From positions 1 through 18,347 of the forward strand of contig CAZGJX010000088.1 of NCBI GenBank assembly GCA_964525635.1: a stretch of 18,347 bases of DNA. Reading direction: 5' to 3'. Position numbers and translations under genes: made by a program. Shown here piece by piece: positions 8,191 through 17,239 of the stretch. This stretch comes from an uncultured archaeon (GTDB lineage Archaea > Asgardarchaeota > Lokiarchaeia > Sigyniarchaeales > SOKP01). Position 1 is the stretch's first letter. Each line of letters begins with the position of its first letter. Below the pieces are notes generated by a model. The model was given only the letters and a program-made list of their open reading frames with translations. It was not told where the DNA came from and did no database searches.

Positions 8191-8427
8191 TAAATATGGG
8201 ATTTCTTCTTTTTTTAATATTAATTGAACAATTAATAAGCAAGATATAAAAATAAAAAATCTTTAATTACCCAGTTCTTAGCTCACCTATAACTGATGTT
8301 TGATAAATAGAATTTTAAAAATTGGTAAAATAACTTTACATAATCAAGAAAATCTCAATTCTCTAATTTTTTACCTAAAGGTAAAAAAATCGAACGAATT
8401 GTATATACCACGTATATACAGAATGTA

Positions 8428-8517
8428 TGGAGTCGGGGGGAATTGAACCCCCGATCTCTTCCATGCCAAGGAAGCGATATTGCGGATCTTTGCAATTTTC
8501 CACTAATCCACGACCCC
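8428..8517 (-). tRNA. tRNA-Ala(GGC) with an 18-nt intron at non-canonical position 21/22
   Basis: Acceptor GGGGTCG/CGACTCC with G3:U70 and A73. Anticodon arm CTTCC-TT-GGC-AT-GGAAG (anticodon 8465-8467). T arm GGGGG-TTCAATT-CCCCC. No encoded CCA. Extra D-loop sequence at 8480-8497. Confidence 0.95.
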
Positions 8518-8752
8518 ATATTTCTAAAAAAAAGCAATATAATATGATTCATAGAAATATAGTATAATAAAGTAAGATATGTAATAAATGATTTTTAAAA
8601 AAATTAATGTTTAATCTATTCTTCATAAACAAATATACTTGATTATTTTAAATAATAATAAAAATGTTTAATAAAATCTAGAGATTATAAATACAAGAAA
8701 TCGCTAGACAATTAAAAACCTAAATAGATAATAATTAATAGAGTTATTGAAA

Positions 8753-11700
8753 ATGAAACGTTTTAAAATTTTAGCTAAATATATTTTTATAATATTGCTT
8801 TTGGGTCAAATTATTTTTCCAATTTTCGAGATAAACTATGTTCAAGCAAATCAAATATCTATAGATAAAATAAATCTTGACGATATTAATTTCAATCTCA
8901 ATAATCAAGTAAATAATTATGATTCATCGAATAACTATCTCATTAATGATAGGGAGTCGATTTTTGATCATTTTCTAAAAGATTATTTAATAGAATTTAA
9001 TCAAAATAAGCTCCTTGATAATAATAGTAATATCAAAATTATAATTGAATTTAAGAAAAATTTGGATAAGGAAAAAAGAATTGAAATAATCAATTTACTC
9101 TTCTCTGATTATGAAATATTATGTAATTATGATATTATTAATGCAGTCTATTTAAAAGTTAAAATAAAAGAGTTAATTGAAAAAGAATCGATTATTGAAG
9201 AAGATCTCTTTATCAGTAAAATTTATCAATCAAGAGTTTTAACTACACCTGTAATAATAGATAAAAGTTTAAAAATAAGCGCATTAAATAAAGATGACTA
9301 TCCTAATTGGTGGATCCCAGCAATTGGTGCTGAAAATTTAGATTATAATGGAACTGGTGTGAAGGTTGCAGTTTTGGATACAGGTATCTATAGTCATCCT
9401 GATTTAAATATTATTAATACAAAAAGGTTTATTGAGGAGGGTGAATCAACAGATTTTAATGGTCATGGTACTCATGTTGCGGGAATAATTGGAAGTAGTG
9501 GTGAGAGTTCTGGAGGAATTTATCGAGGAGTAGCTCCAGGTGTGTCATTAATTGATGTACATGTAGGAAATGCTAGTGGAGGTATTTTAGATGGAGATGT
9601 AATAGAAGCAATCCAGTGGGCATCTAAACCTATAAGTTCTGGTGGTGCTGGGGCAGATATTATATCAATGAGTTTTGGAGATGATTTATTCTATGAAAAT
9701 AGATTGCTAAGTCAAGCTATTTCAAATGCTAAAAAAGATTATGGGACAATATTTGTCGTATCTGCAGGTAATTCGGGCCCAAATTATTATACAGGAGGTA
9801 CCCCAGCAACTCATATTGATACTATTAGTGTTGGTGCTACTGATGATACAAATGCACTTGCATCGTTTAGTAGTTGGGGGCCATCATTAAGTTATATAGG
9901 TTATCCTGATGTTGTTGCTCCAGGCGTGGATATTATATCAACGGCATCACCAAGATCACTTATAGAGAAAGAAAAGATACTCCTTAAAGAGTTTTTTAAT
10001 TTTCCAGGGTCAGCAGATTATATACCATTAAGTGGAACAAGTATGTCATGTCCTATGGTTGCTGGAGCAATAGCACTACTCAAGCAAGCTTTTCCTAATA
10101 TAACAGCAGAAACAGCAAGAATAGCCCTTTTAGAAGGCGCAAATAAATTACCTAATTTTGAAGATAATGACTTTCTTAAAATTGGAGCTGGCTTAATAAA
10201 TGTGTCAGCCTCATTAGATTTCCTTGAATATATCAATTCCACTAATCTTGATGTAAATAATATTTCAAAAGTATTTCCAGATCTTTTACCTGTAAAACCT
10301 TTCGATTTATTACATTTTCCTGGAGATTTTCAAGATTTTAATTTAACTATTATATCTGGTCGAGTAAATACAATTGATCTTAACGTTCCAAATAATATTT
10401 CTGGAGTGTCTCTATCACTAAGTAATAATAAAATTATATTTAATGATGCGGGTATCAATTATACAATAATAACTATTAAAATAGAGAATGATGCTAATCC
10501 GGGGCCAAGGAATTTCTTTATCAATCTGATTATTGGAGGAGAAATTATTGATTTTGTAAATATTACTCTTGATATTAGATTACCGGAGTATCGTGTTTTA
10601 ATGGAATCTTATCATGGTCTTAATGATTGGCTAAAACCAAGCTTTTCTTTTCCTCAGATTAATTCCTACGAGGTGATGAAAGATATGGCTACCATGAATA
10701 TATCAACAGATTACTCTATGGAATATTGGCAACCTTTTTATAATGCATCCAACGATAACTCGATTTTAACAGCAGAGAAATTAGCACAATATGATTTAAT
10801 TGTATTACAAAATCCTATTCTACCATATAGCCCTCTAGAAATTGAAAATCTTAAAATATATTTTAACAATGGAGGAAATATCTTATTTTTGGGAACTGAT
10901 CATTTAAAAATGTGCTCAGATAACTTAAATTATCTATTTTCAGAATTATCATTAAACACTCAGATTTTGGAAGAAAATATAATAAATGGTGAATATATTG
11001 GTCTTGGAACTATTATTCATTCCCAACCCGCAATTCCGGTAAACACAGAGACTATTTTTGAGGATGTTGATAAATTTCAATGGTTATATGGAAATACATT
11101 TGAAGTATCTGATGATACAGATTCTATTGCTCAGATTGATAACAAAACAGTAGCAGTAGCTTATAATGGTTCTATTTATGATAAAGGTCGTTTTGTTGGA
11201 TTTGGTGATCTTCATTGGTTTTTTGATTATTATGATACTGGAAATGACAATTATACCCAAAACCATCAAAAATTACTGGATAATCTTATGAATTACTTTT
11301 TCGAAAAAAAGGATGTATCAATGAATATTCAATTAAATTCGGAACAAACTCCTAATGGCATGTTAAATATCTCAGTTTATATGAAAAATAATACTTCCAA
11401 TTTGCCAATTGATAATGTTATTTTAAATAATAATCTAACTGCTATAATAACGAATGGTTCATATAATTATAAAATATTTTTCTCATCTGATATCGATGGA
11501 ATTGCCTATAATAATACTTTTATAATACCATTCTATAGTTATATTCCTTATAATATTGAGGTCACATTAACTATTTCTTCAAAAACTTATAATAAATCCT
11601 TAAAAATATTGTACTATAATTCCAATGAAATTCCTAAAATTACCTCTCTTAATTATGGTCCATATACTTCTTTTGAAAAAGGAGAATTAATAACATTAGA

Positions 11701-12745
11701 GGGAAACTTTAATACAAGTTTAGATAATAATTTCAGTGCATATATCTCATTTTTCTCAAATAAATTTCATAATAGAGAAAAAATAATAAATTATACAAGG
11801 ATTTTAGAGCAAGATATTATCCTAATTCCAACTAAATATAAAGGTTCATTTAATTTACCTACAACAACTTCAGGATATGGTATTTTTTATATAATTCCTT
11901 TCAATCAAAATTATTCTGCTTCAAATTCCCCAAGAATTTTCTTTAAAATAAATAATCAGGAGCCTAATATAGTAGAAACGCAATCATATCTTAAGATTGG
12001 AGAAAGTACAAAAACAAAGTTCTCTGATACACATGATGATAATAGTATTTATATTCAAAATGGTAATCAAGGAGATAAGATTACTTTTGAAATCTTAGCA
12101 CATGATAGTGGGATTTATCCTGATAATGATTCTGAACTGTTTGTATCTGTAGGATTTTTTATTACTACTGTTTCGGAAGAAATTGATGGAAAAAGAATCC
12201 CATGGCTTCTATTTCCTAATTCTTTTATTAGTTCGGAATTAATTTATGATTCTGAAAAGCATAAAGGCTCATTAATCATACCAAACACTATGGAATTTTC
12301 AACAATTGATGGTATAAAATCCATATCTACAGATCTCTCTGATCAATCACACGATTATATTTGTCTACTATTAATAAATGTTATCGATAAAGAAGGAGCA
12401 AGTTTGGTTGATCCATTTGTAATAGTGATGATTGTTGATTCATCAGTTGATTCATTAATGGTTTACATCACAATATCAATTGTTGCTGGGATTTTTGGAT
12501 TTACGGGAATTGTTTATTTATTAAGAAGGAAAAGATTAAGAGCCGAGGCAATCGACTATAGCGAAAGTGATGAGATAAGAGAAGAAGAGAGAGAGCCAAA
12601 TACCTCTGAAGATGATTTTGAAAATTCCGAAACACCTTCTTCATTAAATTCAAATAAATTTAAATTATGTCCATTCTGTGGGAAAAAAACAAGGATAAAT
12701 ACTAAATTCTGTTCAAGTTGTGGAAAAAAATTTGAAATTGAATAA
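8753..12745 (+). CDS. Large membrane-anchored S8 subtilisin-like serine protease with site-1-protease-like architecture and a cytoplasmic zinc ribbon
   Basis: N-terminal signal/TM, prodomain, triad D (VLDTG, 9377), H (HGTHVAG, 9464), S (GTSMSCP, 10040), oxyanion AGNSG, Ig-like region, GATase-like/DUF4350-type domain, C-terminal TM plus RRKR, tail CPFC...CSSC. Start at ATG 8753 or TTG 8747. Confidence 0.92.
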   Translation: MKRFKILAKYIFIILLLGQIIFPIFEINYVQANQISIDKINLDDINFNLNNQVNNYDSSNNYLINDRESIFDHFLKDYLIEFNQNKLLDNNSNIKIIIEFKKNLDKEKRIEIINLLFSDYEILCNYDIINAVYLKVKIKELIEKESIIEEDLFISKIYQSRVLTTPVIIDKSLKISALNKDDYPNWWIPAIGAENLDYNGTGVKVAVLDTGIYSHPDLNIINTKRFIEEGESTDFNGHGTHVAGIIGSSGESSGGIYRGVAPGVSLIDVHVGNASGGILDGDVIEAIQWASKPISSGGAGADIISMSFGDDLFYENRLLSQAISNAKKDYGTIFVVSAGNSGPNYYTGGTPATHIDTISVGATDDTNALASFSSWGPSLSYIGYPDVVAPGVDIISTASPRSLIEKEKILLKEFFNFPGSADYIPLSGTSMSCPMVAGAIALLKQAFPNITAETARIALLEGANKLPNFEDNDFLKIGAGLINVSASLDFLEYINSTNLDVNNISKVFPDLLPVKPFDLLHFPGDFQDFNLTIISGRVNTIDLNVPNNISGVSLSLSNNKIIFNDAGINYTIITIKIENDANPGPRNFFINLIIGGEIIDFVNITLDIRLPEYRVLMESYHGLNDWLKPSFSFPQINSYEVMKDMATMNISTDYSMEYWQPFYNASNDNSILTAEKLAQYDLIVLQNPILPYSPLEIENLKIYFNNGGNILFLGTDHLKMCSDNLNYLFSELSLNTQILEENIINGEYIGLGTIIHSQPAIPVNTETIFEDVDKFQWLYGNTFEVSDDTDSIAQIDNKTVAVAYNGSIYDKGRFVGFGDLHWFFDYYDTGNDNYTQNHQKLLDNLMNYFFEKKDVSMNIQLNSEQTPNGMLNISVYMKNNTSNLPIDNVILNNNLTAIITNGSYNYKIFFSSDIDGIAYNNTFIIPFYSYIPYNIEVTLTISSKTYNKSLKILYYNSNEIPKITSLNYGPYTSFEKGELITLEGNFNTSLDNNFSAYISFFSNKFHNREKIINYTRILEQDIILIPTKYKGSFNLPTTTSGYGIFYIIPFNQNYSASNSPRIFFKINNQEPNIVETQSYLKIGESTKTKFSDTHDDNSIYIQNGNQGDKITFEILAHDSGIYPDNDSELFVSVGFFITTVSEEIDGKRIPWLLFPNSFISSELIYDSEKHKGSLIIPNTMEFSTIDGIKSISTDLSDQSHDYICLLLINVIDKEGASLVDPFVIVMIVDSSVDSLMVYITISIVAGIFGFTGIVYLLRRKRLRAEAIDYSESDEIREEEREPNTSEDDFENSETPSSLNSNKFKLCPFCGKKTRINTKFCSSCGKKFEIE

Positions 12746-12778
12746 CTCGTATATCTTTAAATTATTATTTTCAATTTA

Positions 12779-13489
12779 TTATTTATTTTTAATTAATACT
12801 GTACCATCTTTTTGTCCTATATATGCAACTGAAGCCATATTTATAAAAAATCCTGTATCAACTATTCCAGGAATCTGTAAAATCTTTTGATTAAGGGAGG
12901 ATGGATTCTTTATTATTCCAAAATCGACATCTAAAATAAAATTACCATTATCAGTAATTAAAGGGCCTGCTTTTGCTTTTGCCATTCTTAAAATAGGTTT
13001 TCCTCCTAGTAAATTTAATTTTCTCATTATTGGTATATAAGCCATTGGTATAACTTCAATTGGAACACCACTTTTCCATTTCTCACCAAGATAATCTGAA
13101 TTTTTTCTAAAGTCAGCAATTATCACAATTTTATTTGAATTTGATGCAATAATTTTTTCTTGTACAAGACAACCCCCTCCTCCTTTAATTAAATTTAGAT
13201 TAGCATCAATTTCATCGGCACCATCAATATCTAAATTAATTTCAGGAAATTTATCAATTGAAGTGATTTCTAAATCATTTTCAATTATTAGTTGATATGA
13301 CTGAAATGATGTTGGAATACATTTTAAATTTAGATTTTCTAATTTATTCATTTCACCTATTTTTTGCACAGCATACACAATAGTTGATCCACTTCCAATG
13401 CCTAAAATCATATTTTTTTTTACATTTTGTTCTACAGCTTTTATAGCTGCTTTTTTTTTTCCTGATTCAATTAATTCTTGTTCTGACAT
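12779..13489 (-). CDS. rpiA: Ribose-5-phosphate isomerase A
   Basis: GIGSGST, DGADE, IKGGGG..QEK, PIEV and TDNGNFILD motifs. Confidence 0.97.
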   Translation of the reverse strand: MSEQELIESGKKKAAIKAVEQNVKKNMILGIGSGSTIVYAVQKIGEMNKLENLNLKCIPTSFQSYQLIIENDLEITSIDKFPEINLDIDGADEIDANLNLIKGGGGCLVQEKIIASNSNKIVIIADFRKNSDYLGEKWKSGVPIEVIPMAYIPIMRKLNLLGGKPILRMAKAKAGPLITDNGNFILDVDFGIIKNPSSLNQKILQIPGIVDTGFFINMASVAYIGQKDGTVLIKNK

Positions 13490-13505
13490 ATTAATTAACC
13501 AATTT

Positions 13506-13931
13506 TTATAAATCTTTTATTAAATTTAATATTCTAATTGCTAAGTAAGCAGCATTTTCTCCTCTATCTATTCCTACACAAGCGACAGGAATTCGTGGGG
13601 GCATCTGCACAATTGATAATAATGCATCTAATCCCCCTAATTTGGCACTAACAGGAACACCAATAACAGGTTTATCTGTTTTTGAAGCAATTACTCCTGG
13701 TAATGCAGCTGATAATCCTGCAACAGCTATATATATCAAAGCCTTACTTGATTTTAAATAATTATCAAGTTTTTCTGGATCCCGATGAGCTGAAAGAATC
13801 TTAAGTTCATGGGATATGTTTTCTTTTTTTAAAATTTCTAATGCTTTATTATATACAGATTCATCAGATGTACTCCCAGCTATTACAGAAACCTTTATTT
13901 CTTTATTATTTTTACTACTCATATCACTCAT
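13506..13931 (-). CDS. purE: PurE (N5-CAIR mutase / AIR carboxylase family)
   Basis: [25 protein letters not shown] and [12 protein letters not shown] motifs. Lies 16 bp upstream of rpiA. Confidence 0.95.
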   Translation of the reverse strand: MSDMSSKNNKEIKVSVIAGSTSDESVYNKALEILKKENISHELKILSAHRDPEKLDNYLKSSKALIYIAVAGLSAALPGVIASKTDKPVIGVPVSAKLGGLDALLSIVQMPPRIPVACVGIDRGENAAYLAIRILNLIKDL

Positions 13932-14084
13932 AATAATTTTAATACATTAAAGATAATAAGGATTTTATAATTGATTGTTTAAATTTCTTATCGATTGATA
14001 TTCTTTAATTATAATTTCAAAAACTTTAATTTTTTTTTTGAATTTCTTAAATTACTATATTTTTTTATTGAGATGATATTCAAA

Positions 14085-15404
14085 ATGACAAATGTTCGAG
14101 AATGTTGGATTATAGATTATGCAAGAACACCTTTCAGCCGATCACGTCCGAAACAACCAGAAAAGGATGTATTTGGAGAGAGAAGAAGTGATGAACTTCT
14201 TGCGACGTTATTGATGAAGTTTTTTGATGGAAAATTAGCTAAAAAAGGAATAAAAAAGGAGGATATTGATGAATTTACCATTGGAAGTGCTATGGGTGTC
14301 TATGAAAATTGGACATATGGAGGTAGACTTCCATTATGGTTAGCAAATTTTCCTGCTAGTGTACCCGCTCTTTTTGTAGATCGTCAATGTGGTTCAGCAG
14401 GTTCTGCAATGCATATTGGAATTATGGAAATTTTGTTAGGTTATAGTAAATGCGTATTAGCAAGTGGTACAGAACATATGACTCGAGTAGCAATGCAAAA
14501 TGATTGGGTAAGACCTAATTTAAATATGATCAGTAAAAAAAGTGAGTGGTATAGACCTAATTATGATGTTGTAAATGCTCTAAATATGCTTCAAACAGCT
14601 CAAAAACTGTATGAAGAAGAATCTCCTTTTTTCACTAAAGAAGATATGGATAAATTTGGTGTAAGAAGTCATAATTTGACAGTAAAATATCAAGAAGAAG
14701 GATGGTTCAACAGTGGTATATGGGATGGAGAAATAATTCCGATGGAAGGTCATGTTTCTGGAATTGTGGAAGAAAAAATTGTTATTGATAAAGATCAAGC
14801 CGCTCGAAAATCTAATTTAGAAACAGTTTCTCAATTGCGAAGAATATCAAGACCCTTCTATTTGAAACAAAATATTTATGGTGAAGATTTAGGAGGAAGA
14901 GCAGGTTATCAAGAAAGAGAGGGAACAAAAGAAGGAGTTATTACTGCTGGAAACTCTTCTCCATTAAATGCTGGAGCTACAGCATGTTTGTTAATGGATT
15001 CTGAAGAGGCTAAATCAAGAGGATTAGAACCATTGGCACGTGTCGTTTCAATCGGTTGGGCAGGAGTAGATCCATCAGTTATGGGGAGAGGTCCTGTTCC
15101 TGCATCAGAAATGGCTTTAAAACATGCTGGATTAAAATCTGAAGATATTGACTTTTGGGAGATTAATGAAGCTTTTACAATTGTAGCATTAAATTGCATG
15201 CGATATTTAAATATTCCTGAAGAAAAAGTCAATGTAAGAGGAGGTTCTACAGCTATTGGTCATCCTTTGGGGGCTTCAATGATTAGATTACCTGGTACAC
15301 TTGCTCGAATCTTAAAAGATAAAGGAGCAAAATATGGATGTGCAAATGCTTGTTGTGGAGGAGGTCAAGGTGTTGCCATTATTTTGGAAAATATAGATGC
15401 TTAA
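14085..15404 (+). CDS. Acetyl-CoA C-acyltransferase (thiolase)
   Basis: DYARTPF, catalytic DRQCGS, TAGNSSPLNAGA, NEAF, GHPLGAS and CCGGGQG motifs. Likely start is ATG 14085 after a GAGATGA SD-like motif; the 13995 extension is low-complexity. Confidence 0.95.
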   Translation: MTNVRECWIIDYARTPFSRSRPKQPEKDVFGERRSDELLATLLMKFFDGKLAKKGIKKEDIDEFTIGSAMGVYENWTYGGRLPLWLANFPASVPALFVDRQCGSAGSAMHIGIMEILLGYSKCVLASGTEHMTRVAMQNDWVRPNLNMISKKSEWYRPNYDVVNALNMLQTAQKLYEEESPFFTKEDMDKFGVRSHNLTVKYQEEGWFNSGIWDGEIIPMEGHVSGIVEEKIVIDKDQAARKSNLETVSQLRRISRPFYLKQNIYGEDLGGRAGYQEREGTKEGVITAGNSSPLNAGATACLLMDSEEAKSRGLEPLARVVSIGWAGVDPSVMGRGPVPASEMALKHAGLKSEDIDFWEINEAFTIVALNCMRYLNIPEEKVNVRGGSTAIGHPLGASMIRLPGTLARILKDKGAKYGCANACCGGGQGVAIILENIDA

Positions 15405-15586
15405 TATCCGAAATTTATTTTAAATTATTATTTAATTTTATCTCAATCTATTAATTTTATTTTTTTATTATTTTTACCATTTATCAATAATTTTCAAATA
15501 TGATATTTAGCAACTGATTAGAGTAATATTTAAATACTAAGGTATAACAAAATATATTACTAATAAAAAGGGAATGTGATTCATAA

Positions 15587-15796
15587 ATGAGCCATGTATA
15601 TAAATCAATTGAATTAGTTGGAACATCAGATAAAAATTGGGCAGACGCGGTTCAAAATGCATATAATGAAGCTAAAAAGACTATTAGAGGAATAAGGAAT
15701 ATTGAAATTTTAAAGTCTGATGTAAAAGTAAAAGAAGATATCGATAAACTAATATATAGAGTAAGAGTTAGATTAAATTTTGAAATTGAAAAATAA
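15587..15796 (+). CDS. Dodecin family protein
   Basis: HVYKSIELVGTS...DAVQNA...A.KTIRGI...YRVRVRLNFEI, 69 aa. Confidence 0.9.
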   Translation: MSHVYKSIELVGTSDKNWADAVQNAYNEAKKTIRGIRNIEILKSDVKVKEDIDKLIYRVRVRLNFEIEK

Positions 15797-15802
15797 TATT
15801 AA

Positions 15803-15826
15803 ATCTTTTTTTTGTATTTTTTTTAT
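15803..15826 (+). terminator. Oligo-T archaeal terminator candidate after dodecin
   Basis: Two long T runs directly after the stop codon. The AT-rich background lowers confidence. Confidence 0.35.
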
Positions 15827-15928
15827 AATTATTTTTAAAATCCATAATTTTATTTAATATTTTATAATTTATCACTATATTGGAATAACCTATTTTATTA
15901 ATAAATTATAAAATGAGGTGTAAAAATT

Positions 15929-16042
15929 ATAGCAGATATTCTTTCTAATCCTACTATTGTACGATATTTAATTTTAGCAATTGTGCTTATAGCAATTCTA
16001 ATTATTTGTAGTATCATTCATAAAAAACTTCTAAAAAAATAA
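15929..16042 (+). CDS. Unannotated 37-aa single-TM small protein with an ATA start
   Basis: GAGGTG SD (15915-20), then ATA GCA GAT..., giving (M)ADILSNPTIVRYLILAIVLIAILIICSIIHKKLLKK*: a hydrophobic helix plus a basic tail. Confidence 0.5.
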   Translation: MADILSNPTIVRYLILAIVLIAILIICSIIHKKLLKK

Positions 16043-16079
16043 ATTACACTTTCTTTTTTATTCACATATTATCATATAA

Positions 16080-16598
16080 TCATTTTCCCAGATTTAATGA
16101 TTTTATTCGATCTAGTTTTTTAATAATAAAATTTCTGGCATGAAGAGCATATGAGAAATTATTGTCAATTTTTAAAGCTTTTTCATATGATTCTAAAGCC
16201 TTATTTAGTTTATCCATATCTTCATAGATCAGTCCGATATTATAATGACAATATTTATAATCTGGTTTAATACTCAATGCTTTGCTATAATTATCTAAGG
16301 CCTTCTGATTTTCTCCTAGATTATAATATGAAATTCCTAAATTATAAAGAGCTCTATAATTTCTTGGATTGATCTCAATAATTTTACTAAATATTAGCAA
16401 TGCTTTCTTATAATCAGATATATAATCATCATTAAGGTAATTTCCATAAGTAAACAAAGATTTAATTAATAAATCTCTAATTTCATCAGAATTGGAATTA
16501 TTGTTAAATAAATTTTCTAATATTTCAATTCCTTCTTTAAATTTCTCCTTTCTTAAAAATTCTTTCGCTTTATTAATTAAGTCAATGGTATCATTCAA
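16080..16598 (-). CDS. Tetratricopeptide repeat protein
   Basis: TPR consensus repeats (ALYNLGISYYNLGENQKALDNYSKALSIKP and CHYNIGLIYEDMDKLNKALESYEKALKID). Confidence 0.9.
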   Translation of the reverse strand: MNDTIDLINKAKEFLRKEKFKEGIEILENLFNNNSNSDEIRDLLIKSLFTYGNYLNDDYISDYKKALLIFSKIIEINPRNYRALYNLGISYYNLGENQKALDNYSKALSIKPDYKYCHYNIGLIYEDMDKLNKALESYEKALKIDNNFSYALHARNFIIKKLDRIKSLNLGK

Positions 16599-16638
16599 TT
16601 ATAACCACATTAGAATAAAAATTGAGATAAAAAAAAGA

Positions 16639-17094
16639 TTATAATTCCTTTTCATGCCAAACATATTCAGATTTTTCAATTCCTAATTTCATGAAAACAC
16701 TTTGTAAATTACTATCTGAATCAACACCAATATAATATGCTTTATTTATTTGTAAAGTATTATTAATATATCTTTCTAATTCTCTAATTATTTGTTCTTC
16801 TATTCCTTTTTTATATGCATCTTCTTTCTTTGTCATAACTTGATGGATTAGAACTCTTTCCTTCCCAAGATAATCTTTAAATTGCGAATACGTTCCCCAT
16901 CCTACAAGTTTTCCATCTTCTTTTGCGGTAACCATTCCATTTCTAAAAGTTAGATCAAGTATTCTCTCATTTAATTCCTTTTCAAAATCTTCCCAGCTTG
17001 TTTTAAAGTACAACTTATTTTGAGCAAAATCTTCAAATAATTCTTTTAATTCTTCTTTATCATCTCTGGGATTATATCTATCAATAACAATCAT
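16639..17094 (-). CDS. GNAT-fold acetyltransferase-like protein
   Basis: VTAKEDGKLVGW strand, motif-A-like YKKGIEEQII and motif-B-like VFMKLG. Divergent. Confidence 0.6.
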   Translation of the reverse strand: MIVIDRYNPRDDKEELKELFEDFAQNKLYFKTSWEDFEKELNERILDLTFRNGMVTAKEDGKLVGWGTYSQFKDYLGKERVLIHQVMTKKEDAYKKGIEEQIIRELERYINNTLQINKAYYIGVDSDSNLQSVFMKLGIEKSEYVWHEKEL

Positions 17095-17239
17095 TGTACT
17101 TCTCTCTTAACATAATATTTTCTTTCTTTTATTAATTAATTATTCTTTAATAAAAATTCTTTTTTTTTCTTTTAAATTAAATATCATCATAAAAATAGTA
17201 TTCATTAATAAATTTAATAAATTCGCGAATTTGATTATT

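Larger units (their letters stand above)
1..8427. mobile_element. Decayed accessory island adjoining the tRNA-Ala 3' end; left boundary lies outside the window
   Basis: Dense TA loci, pseudogenes, toxin-like and virus-like genes end at the tRNA 3' end, while intact housekeeping genes lie on the other side. No integrase or att duplicate was seen in the window. Confidence 0.5.

Noticed and set aside
8355-8552. 65-aa minus-strand ORF
   Set aside because: Runs through the tRNA-Ala gene, so it is spurious.
10018-11269. Minus-strand ORFs 10018-10242 and 11084-11269
   Set aside because: Antisense within the S8 protease gene.
13995-14084. Phe-rich N-terminal extension of the thiolase
   Set aside because: AT-rich divergent promoter region. 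Thiolase similarity and an SD-like motif point to ATG 14085.
14580-15232. Minus-strand ORFs 14580-14798 and 14909-15232
   Set aside because: Antisense shadows of the thiolase.
8753-15404. Functional link between the S1P-like protease and the nearby thiolase (SREBP-like lipid control)
   Set aside because: They are separated by the oppositely oriented rpiA-purE pair, and proximity alone is not evidence.
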